A stretch of 49,625 bases of DNA from Girardia tigrina (GCA_001938485.1 MQRK01246887.1:1-49625), one strand, 5' to 3'. Numbered from the stretch's first letter, positions 27,119-39,874 are shown. Translations and numbers: made by a program. Notes: generated by a model not told the origin, from the sequence alone.

Positions 27119-29032
27119 TTTATATCTATAGCAATTATAAGTTATGGCGCTTTTAGAATATTGAAATTTTCATTTTAAATACGATAGATAATGTACTAAT
27201 GTTCGGACCTTATTTCTCCTTTAAAAACTGAATTTGATTAGATTTTTGATTCATTGATTTTATAATTTATTTATTTGTTTTGACGTTTTCATTTAAGTTT
27301 AGTTCTAGTCTTAAACCTGAAGCGCGTCATACCTTTTATGAAACTCAGAAGATAGCACTGATGGAAGATGTTCAGAAAATTTTTACATAAGCGACATAGA
27401 AGTGCTGTTGTTATAAATGAGAAGGGGTTTTATTTCTCCCCTATGTCTGTGAAGGGAAATCATCGTACATGAGTAGACTCTGGTGGTGACCGGCCGCCAA
27501 AACCTAGGTATATTATTGCCGAAAAATCGCATATAATTCTGGCAATAAACTTTTGCGGTGAAAATTATTTTAAAGTGCTAAATCACGGCATAAGTCAATC
27601 CACAAATATATTCATTTTGTCAGAAGGGTACTTTCTTCAACACGAATGAGATTGGTAGAGTTTTTGGGTTAGCAATCAGTTATAAACTATCTTGAGATCA
27701 ACAATTTGCAAGGGAACCAACAAAAGCTTAATATTTGTAATTATGATGACTTAACGTGCCAAGCGTGGCTGCAGAACCATAATGCGAGTGAGGAGTTTTC
27801 GGATCGATGGAAATCAAAATTTTATTTTAATTTACTTTTGATTTTCATGAATTCTTTCAATTTTAATTGATCGGCCGATATTGTCCGTCTTCACGAATCC
27901 TCATCGTTACAGTAAAATAGGATTGAAAATTTTGGATAATCTATTTTTAACCGACCACAATGTCAACAAAATTTGTGAGAAAGGTGTTAAGACGTCTTGA
28001 GATCTTGATTACGATTTTTTGATTACTTCAACGAGTCCTAGCGGTAGAAAAACGAGTTCCGTCTGAGGATCAGCTGCGGACCGCGATTAAACTTTCGATC
28101 GTCATCGAGACTCTCAGCGGTACCATCCAATTCGTAACATATATCTTGAAGATTCTTCTGGCCTTTTTCGTTACTCATCACTGGCTACAAGCTGTAGCCT
28201 CTTTAAAATAATCGTTTTTCGTTTAGACATTGACAAATTAATCAGTTTATTATTCTTAATATAATCAGACTCAATTATCGGTGAATCGATCGGTTTACCA
28301 TCGATTTCCAATTTCTAATTGTATATGGGACAATGTAGAAATGTGTCTGCTCATGTGAATTGTATTTACTCTCTCGTGTTATTCATCTATCCAATCACAA
28401 AAATCCATGATATCTTATTGCTAATATGAAATAGATTATTGAAAGAAAAAGTCAAATTGTGAATATTTCTTTATTTTTCATTTTATTTTTATTTTCAAAG
28501 CATAACTCAAACATGCTGTCTCTTACACAAACGCCTCAATATTAAAACAGCAGTAAAGGCCTGTTAGGGATTTTTTGGTAAACTTAATTTTTGAAAATTT
28601 TAAATTGAAAATCATATTTATAGTTAAAATAAGTTTAAATAATACTAATTAAAATAAATTTTTTTAGTAAGAACGAACTAATAATGAAGTTTCTATAAGT
28701 AAAAAAAAATATTCTTTAGAATAATTTAATTTCGTTAACAATAATTAAATGTAAACAATAGTTTAAGAAAAGTAATTTATAATAGAAGTTACAAAATTAT
28801 GATTAAATAAAAAAAACAGATTGGGATTTAATCTTCGTAAAAAAACATTTAAAGTTATTATTTATTATACTTAAATTATAAAACTTAAATTGACTAAAAA
28901 TTATATACCAATATTTATATTTCAAATACTATATCTGATCATGCTAAAAACAATCTTCCTCATAAATTTGTTTAAAAAATCATTATTTGTTAGAAATAAA
29001 ATTCGGTGTTAATGAATTCTAATTTTGATTAA

Positions 29033-29115
29033 CCTTCATCCGTCCCTCGGGTCTTTTTCGACCCAAAATGACTATACACTTTTGTATACAGTCGATTTGA
29101 GGGACGGATGATAGG
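29033..29115. mobile_element. piggyBac-type mini-MITE (83 bp), same family as 25293-25527
   Basis: Same TIRs (right TIR has a 1-nt insertion), TTAA on both sides. Confidence 0.92.
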
Positions 29116-29809
29116 TTAAAAACCAGACAAGGCCTTTCCACAATTTCCTTCGTTTTCTAATTAATTAATAATATATTTATTTATTTACTTTTTATTAAAA
29201 TAGTTAAAAAAGTTTTTATTTTAATATTAAATTTTAACTCTTAAAATATGCATATATTTTTGATTTAAAATATTTACACTTTCATTTAAATGAATGCGTA
29301 ACAACATCTTTGATTATGAATATATTCTTATTTTGTGTTAAACAAAATAAAAGTTTTTAAGAAAGTTTTAGTTACCCCAGTGAACTTGATTATCAGATAA
29401 TAATTAATGTCATATGCCTTTTCCTAGACTTTTATTGATCCTTGTATCAATGGATTACAGATTGTCAACTGAACAGTGTCAAAATAATGATCCTCAAGGG
29501 AATTGCTGAAATATTTTTAAAATATTTTGATTTGAGAATGATAGGTGACTAGAATTTATTTTTACAGACTGAGAGAAGTTCGGTTTGTGGATGATTAAAA
29601 TCATTAATTTGATAATGATTATCAAAATTTGTTGAGTATTATTTGTCTTTGATTGGTCTATATAACAATATATGAATGATATCAAAGTTCAATTAAGTAA
29701 AAATAATAAATAATTGCAATATACTTCAACGCTCCAAGTAATCTTAACATTATAATCAATCACATAACACTTGCCATATTTTCTTTCAGTTATTCATTTG
29801 AGAACAATC

Positions 29810-30540
29810 TTTTACACGCAGTTTTTACTTGATTGCACAGACAAGCATGATTGCGATCTAATGCTGAAAAGTAAAATTACACAAATCTAGATTTTGCAAA
29901 AAAAGTAAAGAAAAAAGTAAAAAATTAAAGATCGTGCTTTCATGGAATTGGTTATGAAACGTTACAGAAATTTTCTCCGGCATTATATTTTCATTATTAT
30001 AAACAAATTTCCTGTAATCTCAAACCAGCTTTTTACCACCTTGAATTTGTGACAAGATGCACTGTCTTGTTGAAATATCGTTGCACTCACCTTCATTCCA
30101 AAAGTGAATGAAACCATTTTCATGGCATTTTAGACATTCTCCAGGCTATTGACACTTTCGGGTTACAAAAGCAGCGGTCCGATTGACTGTCGGGAAAAGC
30201 AACCCCAGACAATTACCGTGGCAACTTGAAGAAAACTTCATAAAACTTATATTCTGATTACTGGTAATTATTACAAAAAATGTGATCTGAACATACCTGG
30301 TAGTCACTTTTCTTTTTATCGCAAACCCCAACTCTGTCATCTGATTTGAATAACGTAAAGCGTGACTCATCAAACCGAACGATGCTAACCTACCGTTGCT
30401 ACGTCCAAGACTGCACAATAATAACGGTCACTGCACAATGATAATATCCGCCTTCTGTTTTGTAGAATCTAGTTAAGATGACTAACTGTCTCTAAGAATT
30501 TCCACCCTCTGTTATCCAGTTATGATACCACGCTGAGTTT
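29810..30540 (-). mobile_element. Degenerate Tc1-family transposase remnant
   Basis: Minus-strand motifs F-DES, VIVWGCFS...GPL and IFQQDSASCH. Confidence 0.75.
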
Positions 30541-30859
30541 CAATTAGTTCACGAAACGCAATCTTAAATAATTACCCTATTAACTACAAAATATTTTAGG
30601 AAAACTAAATTTTAATGAGTAACACAATTCGTGATTATTGTTCAGAAGTAAGGATTTAATATTTGTAAATTTAGTAAATTTATGTGTGTTAGAATTTAAA
30701 AAATTGAATAAAACAAGTTGAAGCTTGCTTTTTTAAAATTTTGTATTATTTTAGTGCATGATAATTAATGAATGAGTGTTTTTTAAAGAATTAAAATAAA
30801 ATTCCACAATTTGTGCTCGACGGCTTCAGAGAACGTAAATAAGTTATTTTTGGACTATA

Positions 30860-31340
30860 AATTCTGGTTGTCAGTCAATAATGATGATCCGAACTAGCAT
30901 TCGGAGAGTTGATCGGGGAGCCGAGGAAGCCAGCTGTTGGGATCGAGAAATTTCCCAATCGACACCAGGCCAATTCATTAAGGGGGCACTGAGTCTGATA
31001 GAAAATTTCTCGGGATCTGAAATAAACTAAAATGATTATTAAATAAATATAATATTAATTAATTAAAATTAACCCTAATTGATTTTGGACTTTGATCTGA
31101 AATAAAAAATATGATTATTAAAATTAATTGAATAAAAAGCTTACCTAAGTGATTTCACCTTTGATCCTGAAATTAACAAAAACAAATATTATATATGTAA
31201 TTAGAAAACTTACTTGATCTATCTGACCTTTGATCGTTGTTCATCTAAATGAAAATTTTGTTATTTTTATTTGATTAAAACAAAAACTTACTTTATTGAT
31301 TTGGAATTTGTTGTCGATTGATAACGGCAGGGGCTTATAG
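30860..31340 (-). other. Putative spliced micro-exon transcription unit (4 mini-introns) with a long hairpin in the last exon
   Basis: Minus-strand introns: 31245-31291 (GTAAGT..TTTAG), 31167-31213 (GTAAGT..TTTCAG), 31097-31144 (GTAAGC..TTTCAG) and 31017-31073 (GTTAAT..TTTCAG). Internal exons are 31, 22 and 23 nt. Upstream CTATAAG at 31340-31334. Confidence 0.6.
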
Positions 31341-31639
31341 TACCTGTCGAAACTGTTGACACAAAGTCCAGCGATCTCGAAATTTATGTGAAAATTTCAA
31401 AAATCTAATTACTATAAATTCGTTTGAATCTGTTATTTGTTCAGAAAGTTTTTTGTCTAATTGTTGATTACAAATTAATAAATTTTTCTCTCTTCAGTTT
31501 TTGTGAGTTTTTAATTGTAATTTTTTTTGAGGTTGATGGAGTATAGATATAAAATGGACATATTCTAAAATATATTGCTGGGAGCCGATCAGGTGATAGG
31601 TACCGGCAGGTACTCAGTGCCTGCAGTGAGTATTATCGA

Positions 31640-32107
31640 TCAGGCAGGTAATATGAAAAGATCTTGAAATGGAATTGAAGATAGCTGATCAGTTGATAGT
31701 TGCCTGCCGAAAACATTGGGGAAAAGCCCGGTGGAGATAATTTTCAGAAGGAAAATTGACAGACAAAAATGGTATAGTAACAATAGATCACCGTCGGGGG
31801 AGAAAAAGGAATATACGGAAACAACTACATGTCGCTCATTTAATATCGGAGACAAAGTATGGTTGAAGAAGAAGATAAAAACTAAATCGGATGAAAAATG
31901 CGAGGGACCTTATAAAATAGTGAGAAGATTCACGACAGAAGTTATCGATTAGAGGACGAAAATAAAAAACAAATAGTACGAAATGGAGAGAAGATCAAAA
32001 ACTTTAAAGAAAGGGGGAATGTTAGGAATTAATAGTAAACGGAAAATTTTTGAAATAGGCAATCGAAAATAAGTTAAATTAGTTAAATAAATATAATTTT
32101 ATAAAAT
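31640..32107 (+). mobile_element. Gypsy integrase C-terminus, polypurine tract and truncated LTR
   Basis: GKSPVEIIF.R, FNIGDKVW and EGPYKIV motifs, paralogous to 7-393. PPT AAAGAAAGGGGGAA (32006-32019) is followed by TGTTAGG. Confidence 0.85.
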
Positions 32108-32388
32108 ACCGGTTTAACAACAAATAAAACTTTAGTAATTAAAGTCCGCTTAAAGTCCGTTGAGCTTATACGTTTTTATAATGTCTTTATTTGTTTTATA
32201 ATGTTTATGATGTTTTTTTATATAATGTCTTTATAATGTTTTATATATACTTATAATGTTTTTTTTGGGAAAAGCAGGCAATGTGTGGCTTATAATACTG
32301 AAATATAGTGCGGAAATTACTGTAACTAGAATGTTGTTGCATTGAGTTGTGACCGTTAATCCACAACGCTTAGATCCAAGAATAATCA
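32108..32388. mobile_element. Second copy of the pogo-type MITE plus adjacent fragment of the Mutator-like element
   Basis: 32160-32325 matches 26270-26419, and 32329-32388 matches 26523-26580. Confidence 0.75.
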
Positions 32389-34119
32389 TGAATATTCATA
32401 ATATATTTATCATTACTAACTTTAGAAGATATTTCCTTTTTTAATACTGATTTATAATTTTATTCTCTGTACTGAATAAAATTAAGAACCGAATGACGCC
32501 AGAGAAAGCGAATAGTTTTTGTGTAATTAAATAAAATCGATTACGTGACTTGAATTGATTATTTGACTTGAAGAAATTGTACTGAAAATATTCGAATTTG
32601 TTTGTTATTGATCGATCGATTTTATTAAATTTAATTTTAAATCGTATCTCAATTTGAATAATTAATTCTAATCGTTTCTATGATTTCTGATTTTCGCTTG
32701 ACGACAAATTATTCGCAAATAAATAAAATGGCGATAAACAATCGAAATATTAATAGTGAAATATGTTCAATGAGAATAAATAATCAAATAAACGGCACAG
32801 TGTTTCTGTATGATCAGCGAATGTCGGTGTTGGATGAAACTTGATGATTTAAATAGAAAACAAAATACTTTTAGAAAAAATTATTCCAATAAGATTAATT
32901 TTTACAAAGTGAAATGTGAATCAATCACTTCGAAAATCGATACTGAAATGGTTAAAATTATCTGATGATAAATAAATTTATTTTGTTACATTTTTAGGTA
33001 ATGTCCTCTAATAATATTTTTCTTATAAAATCATAATTGAATTTATAAAAGCAACAACTGTTTAAAATTAAAATGGATAAAAAATTATTGCTTTGGGAAT
33101 CTTTCAAATTATATACAACGCATTTTGGAAAATATAATTTTTAAGACCATAAAAGTAAAAATGTGATATTTATTTGTCTGCCGTGTGATTTAGCCCTAAA
33201 AATTTGCTTTGGTTCTGTCAACCGGTTTATTGTTCTGTTGGGCAGGATGTCAGATTTATTTATAATCTGTCTGGAATATATAGCAGTTTTATATTATCAC
33301 ATTTTATATAACTTTAATAATATTTCAAAAAATAATTTCGTTTTATTAAATATAATGATTATTCTAACTAATACAAAAAATGATAAAATACGTGAAAATA
33401 AATTGCTAAAGAAGTCAATTAAGTATTGGTTTAAAAATAAACGTAAAATATTTTTTATATAAATAATAATATAATATTCAGATCAAGCATTCATAAAACT
33501 CTTGAGATGACAAAACTGGTTTTTAAATAATAAATAAATAATTTCCTTTATTTGATCAGAAATATTATAAAAAATCTTATATAATTTTGGACTTGTACAT
33601 GTTGGAAAATTATAACCATTTTACAGCTTCGATTAAATTTAATTGCTAATTCGCCGACCTTGAGGCTTATTAGAGTGAAAAATAAATTAATTGTTAAAAT
33701 AATAAAATTGGTTGATAAATTACTTCGACAGTTTTTTTTCGATTTTCTTGTTGTGGTTAAAAAAGTTGTTAATTGTTTAAATGAATTCATGTAAAGCGGA
33801 ATCACCGCACAAAATTCTAAAACTCAATAAACAATTAAATCAGATTATCTTGGTCTGTATTTTAACCAATTTTATCGGGATGTCAGTACCGAACGTTATT
33901 TATAACGTTAACGTAAAATCCGAATTTAATTGTGTCTCAATGATGAATTATGTGGAACAAACCCGACGACGTAGTAAAAAAAATCAATGAAGCTAATAAT
34001 GAAAGCAAAAATTTGGTTATTCAGACCATTATATCCATTATATTGGGAACATGAAATGGCCCTCATTAGGGACTCAATAAATGATTGGACGACAAAAATC
34101 TATTGGTCGGAAAATCCGG

Positions 34120-34330
34120 ATCAATCACGTTTCGGGTCTAATCTTCTATTCGTCACTTCTGAGTGATAGTAAAGCCTTGGTAATTGAAACTCTTGATTTT
34201 TCTAGCCTCTCCCATTCACTGTTGATCTCAAGTTTAGCCTCATTTTTACTGCTTCTTAGGACTATAATTTTGATTCTTTTTATTGATTTTCATTTTTTCT
34301 TTCATCCTTGAATTGTTACTTCGAGAGGAA
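34120..34330 (-). mobile_element. LINE (RTE-like) reverse transcriptase fragment
   Basis: The minus strand gives MKINKK...LEINSE...QEF.YQGFTIT, resembling RT domain 6-7 (F.YLG). Confidence 0.55.
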
Positions 34331-35519
34331 ATATGCGCACCAGGTTACTTGCCTACTGATACACTCAAAAATAAGCAAAAACTAAGTCATAAGACTTATG
34401 CATATTTGGGTACATTTATGGCCCGACGGCTGAGGTTCAAAAAACTTTTCTGAAATTTAAACTTATTAATTCAGCTTTCTCGATCTATTTCTTTATTTTA
34501 ATTTTCTAATGTCAATAAAATAATTAATAATATGTTAATGTTAATATATTTTATATGTTTTACTTTTTTAATATAAATATAAACATAATTTTTTGAAATA
34601 AATTTAATTATAATTAATAAATCAACAATAAATAATAATTCTTTTTTATTTATTTATTCACTTTTATTTATTCAACACAATATTTATATATATATATATA
34701 TATATATATTATCATAAGCAATCAAAGCGATAAAGTTATACACTGATTGTCATTCATATGTCGATGTTCTTGATTTTGAATTTTCTTTTGCATTAGAGGA
34801 ATTTCGAATATAAATAACGATAAAATTTATTTGAATCCAAATTTCGAACAATTGCGATTTTTTAATTTCCCGTAATTTCAAAATCGAAGAGTATAATCTC
34901 GTCTAACTAAAATAAACTATAAGTTCTTTTAAAATCGGGCTTCAAAAACATGTTATGTTTCTTGTTTTAAATCAAAATCCAGACTATTTATTCTTCTTTT
35001 TATCTTTCTGTTAATAAAGTTAGATTTATCAGTTATTTATTTTTATATTATTTATTGGTTAGACATTTGTAAGGAGAATTAATAATAATATAGGTACTTT
35101 TCAATCTACTTCTTATATTTATTCTACAAAAGATATAATAAGAAATACGAAATAAACGACAATCGAATGAAATGTCGTTATGAAGGGGTAGTCAAACTTA
35201 TTACGACACCGAATTAATCACAATAATAATAAAATATTAAAAATTAATGATAAAATTATATAACATAATAAAGCCGAATAAATGTATTTTTACGTATAAA
35301 TTTTACACAAAATATTACACAGAATTAGAAAAAGAATAATCAAACTGTATTAGATATCTAAATTATTTAAGGAACAACACCAGCAACAACGCTAACAACA
35401 ATACTAACGCCAACTCTCACCATTACAACTCTCGATTCTATTAACCAATTCTTTCCAATCAATACGTACCCTATATCAACACCAATCTTCTTCCAAATAC
35501 CGTCAATCTCACTAACTAC

Positions 35520-36420
35520 CAGTAGTGACGGTATGCGGGCAAAAAATTGGGGGCCTAAAGACTTATACATAACGATATTTATTAAATGTCGATAGTAACC
35601 AAATTTTTGCAACAATTATTTCGTGTTTTTGTCAATATTGGCCGTCGATATATATCATAACACACGTGTTTGAAACAAACGACATACATATATTTCAAAT
35701 AATTTAAACATTTTTCCTTAACTAAATGGTAAAATTAAATTTCAACGTCTATCTGCAAATTTATTTCAGTAATGTTTTGCTGCACATGATAAATCAGTCT
35801 CCTTGGCATGATTTGATTCAACCACAATAACTATTAAATCTGAAAGTCGATCTTGTGTCATAACTGTACAAAGGTGATTCTTCACTAATTTTAGTGCAGA
35901 GAAAGACCATTCACAGGAAGATGAGGTGACCGGGAATGCAAGCAATAGACGATAAAGTGTAACCATATGGGGATAGGTTGCGGTAAGGCCACGATTAACC
36001 ATGTGGAGGAATACAGAATAGATATCACCATTTTTAAATATCTCACGTGAGAACAATCGATACTCAATCCGAGCATTGGAAGCATTCACGTTCTCTCGGT
36101 AAAAGAAAAACAAAGTTTCTAGTTTGTCTAGATGAGATATGTTGGGAGAACATAAGCATGCAATGCATGACAACAAAGGATGGACATTTGGATTGAAGGT
36201 CAACAGTTCTATAGAAAAAGTAACATCAGTATCTCTCTCGACCTGTGAGTAACATCTGATGTGAGTAATAAATAGATACAAAAAATATATTATATAATAT
36301 TGATATTTATTACATTACCTGTGAATTACATTGATCATCAATGAGCTTGGTTATTTTTCGTTACCGTAGCTCCTCATATTGAAGGTCGATGGCGTTAGCA
36401 ATTTGTCGATGTCAGATTAA
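35520..36420 (-). mobile_element. hAT transposon 3' part (ZMYM1-like transposase, hATC dimerisation domain) with an intron at 36243-36318
   Basis: TYPHMVTLYRLLLAFPVTSSSCEWSFSALKLVKNHLCTVMTQDRLSDL is the hATC motif. GTAATG...CACAG intron; CAGTAGTG terminus at 35520. Confidence 0.88.
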
Positions 36421-37043
36421 AATCATTTTCAGAATGTTGCTTTTTTAACTTAAGAAAATAATAATTTCCTTTTAACAGTTTTAATTTTTATATCTTGTGT
36501 TTATTTAAAATGTAAATCATACTCAAACAATTACTCATCACAAAACATATTTCCGAATTCAACACACAAATTTTAAAATATTCATCGCTGCTTTATTCAC
36601 AAAAATTAAATTACAAAGGTTTTGTTAAAATATTTTCATTGCATTTCGATTGCTAATTTGTACTAATGTAACCCAAGATATTTTCAGTCATGAATTTTAA
36701 TGAAGTTAAATCTCTCAAATAGTTGATTCGAATCTATGTTCAATAAACCATAAAATGGGTTATGTAGATACAATTTACCAAAATCTTAATGAGTTTTACC
36801 CTAAAGCCATAAATTATATGCAAGTTAGTTAAAATATCCGTCATTTCCTAAATAATGCAAATGAGCAATTACGTTTGACATATCTTAATTGAAAACAAAT
36901 ATAATCATTTATACTTCGTTCTTAAACAATTTTTGACGTACCTGTTAATTGCATCAAGAAGAGAAATTAAATCAATGTTAACCAATTTATATTGTAGCCT
37001 TAAGAGCTTCAGCAAATCAGAAATATAGAAATCTTTCTATATA

Positions 37044-37259
37044 TATTTAAAAAACTTTCATGATTCATTTTATTTAATACTTGCAGTTTTTAAAAAAGAA
37101 GAAATATTTAAATTTTTGTTGAATTTTATGAATACGAAATCCATAAATTATCTAATTTAAGGATTTTGTACTCATAAAATTCAACAAAAATTTAAATATT
37201 TCTTCTTTTTTAAGAACGGCAAGTATTAAATAAAATGAATAATGAAAGTTTTTTAAATA
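37044..37259. repeat. Long near-perfect palindrome (~107-bp arms, 2-nt loop)
   Basis: The arms are reverse complements with about 6 mismatches by my count. Centre TAAATTA-TC-TAATTTA at 37151/37152. Confidence 0.93.
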
Positions 37260-39174
37260 AAGTTTTCAAATTGTTGCTTTAAAGATAATTGCATGAGAAT
37301 ACAATAGTTTCATCAAGTTTTTAGTTTTACAGAAGACAATGTGCTGCAAAATCTTTGATCATCTGCTTTGATATCAGATAGGCTTGTCCTGTTGTTGATA
37401 ACTGTGAAATATTTAATGGGAGACCTCTAAAATGGATGTAGCTCTATTTTCTAAAAGTAAAGTGTAGGTCATTAGAAAGAAATTTTGAACTCAATGGATG
37501 AAACATTTCAGAAAATCACTCCAAACAAGTTGCAAATCACCGCAAAACTGTTTACAAGCCATTTGCATTTAAATTTGGATAAAGTCAACACGAAAATAAA
37601 TGCATAAACCTGTTTTAAATTTTATTTCCCCTTCCTAATTAAGTCGATGGTTCAGAATTAAATGAAAAACGCTGAAAACAACTTGGTGTTTTACGTAAAA
37701 ATTTGGCTGAAAAATTTAACTACGGTGTATGAAACCCATTTCAGAAAGTTCTTTTTTGAAACGAAACATGAAGCGCCAGAATGACAATCCAAAAGAGACG
37801 CCATATTATAATCATGAAAGAAAAAGGTTATTCTCATTAATGAAACATTAAAAATATTCGAGCTTAATAAATAGCCAAATTCATAAAATTTCATTAAATC
37901 GAAAAACATAATTGATAAATACCATCAATCCAGAAAAGTTTTCACAATATCTTAAAATTCCTAAATCGAGCAAAAATTCATTTTTAAAAATTGTCAATCG
38001 AAGATTTCAGGTATTAAAGAGTACATTTCATCATTTGAGGAAACTTTAAAGAAATAGCAAAAATAAATTTGAGCAAAAAATTCAATCTAAATTCATAAAA
38101 AAATTCATTATTTGAGAAATTTTTAATAATCATAAATTTATTTTCAGCAAATAGTCGCTCTGACGAACAACCAATCAGAGCGAGTATTTGATTCTTTCTG
38201 CTAATACACAACATACCTCATACACAACATACACACCAGCTAACAATCAAGCATTGTACTTATTGCTGGAAATTTCTTGTTCCGGCCGATCCCGAGTTGC
38301 CCCAGAACCGGACTGTTGTAGCAGGGGCGTGCAGTGGATCATCTCAACGCTCGGTCTCATTGTGCTGGGCCCATTGTATTATTTTATTTGAGATATTTTT
38401 TTTAATTTTATATCGTCAAAATGAACAATTCAAACGAGAATTCGTAAATATTTGTTCAAATTACAATAAGCAATCGAGACTAAATTTAAAAACTTTATAC
38501 AAAACTTTAAATATGTCCAACAAAAAATATAAATAAATGGTTCAACAAATGTGACTGAAACAATAATTCAACAAATAGCTGGCAAATAATTTTAACAATT
38601 GTTTGTCAAAATCTTTCAAACAATGGACGACAAATAATTTTTAAATTTGGTTCACACAACAAAAACTTGTCAATTGAAGAAAATGAGTTTTATTGAGCCA
38701 AAAAACAATCGTTAACAAAGAAATCTAATTTTTGAAATAATTTCGCCACTCGAGAAAGTTTTCATAATATCGAAAATTCATAAGTTGGAAAACGTAGTTT
38801 TTTAAATCGAGAAAAAATAATTAGAAAAAAAACATTAGAAAAAAACGATCAACCAATAAAAAAGATTTTATCACTTAAAAATTTCTGTCCTAGATCGCTC
38901 TGATTGGATGACAAATGACTAATCAGAGCATAATCATTTCACCCTTAATTCAACACAAACATATTTTTATGCTAACGGGGAGAAAATGACTTAATGAGTC
39001 ATAAAATGAAATCGAATGTTTTGTTCATTTTGAAAACCATAATTAATATTGTTCATATGAACAATATTCTTATAAATTTTTATTTTAAATTCTTTTTTTG
39101 CTTTTAATTAATTATTTATTTTAAAATTCATTAACTATTATCATATTTTTATACATAATAAATCAATATATATA

Positions 39175-39815
39175 CAGTCAAACTCGCTTATCTCGAATCG
39201 TTTGGGGCGGAAAAAAAATTCGAGATAGCCGAGTTTGCAGATAATGTGATTTATTTTCTTGAAATATTCTCTATATTACATTACTGTATGAACAAAATTT
39301 TTATGAGACGAAGCCAATAACAAAATAGAGTTTGTTTTATTGTACTCACCCAACAACGCAAATCAAATGAAAGAATTTCGAACTGAAAATTGATGATATA
39401 AAATCCTCATTTCTTTTGTATGAGTGTCTTAAAAATTAATTTATAAAAAAATATTTATTTTAATATTACATGATATTTTAAAATAAAATTAATGGTTTGT
39501 TGTTTTAATATGCTTGGTCATTTTTATGCACTTTTTAAAATTCTTTTAATCAAAAATAAATTTTTCAATATTTTTTCTTTATTTTATAATCAATTTATTT
39601 TTTTATTCTATAATCAATACTTTACATTACAGATGGCTGAAAAGCCTAAATTGCTCATTTTGTATTGGGTCAAGAAAAAGGAAATTATTGACTATGTTGA
39701 CTCTCATAAGCATATGAAGATGAAAGACATTACATCATCATTTGGAATTCATCCCTCGACATTGTCCACTAATATAAAGGATAAAGAAAAGATTAATGAA
39801 CGGTGCAATACAGCA
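39175..39815 (+). mobile_element. Tigger/pogo 5' fragment (TIR plus CENP-B/psq HTH start at 39633)
   Basis: TA|CAGTCAAACTCGCTTATCTCGAA terminus and KKEIIDYVD.....KDI...FGIHPSTLSTNIKDKEKI. Confidence 0.82.
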
Positions 39816-39874
39816 ATGAATTTAAGGCTATATATATTCAACTATATAAATAGCAATTAATCACTTTATTTCAT

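Noticed and set aside
27300-28260. GC-richer patch with short ORFs
   Set aside because: No recognisable motif; probably an unclassified TE relic.
29421-29700. Candidate second exon of the GPCR after TTCCTAG or TTACAG
   Set aside because: The phase-0 frames hit stops quickly and encode no TM7/NPxxY.
31292-31328. Spliced-leader RNA gene (minus strand begins GCCGTTA, followed by a donor)
   Set aside because: Only ~7 nt resemble the planarian SL as I recall it. It lacks the terminal ATG typical of flatworm SLs, and a cis acceptor follows 47 nt later.
33000-33990. Hydrophobic ORFs as a second GPCR relic
   Set aside because: No diagnostic GPCR motifs; AT-rich codon bias explains the hydrophobicity.
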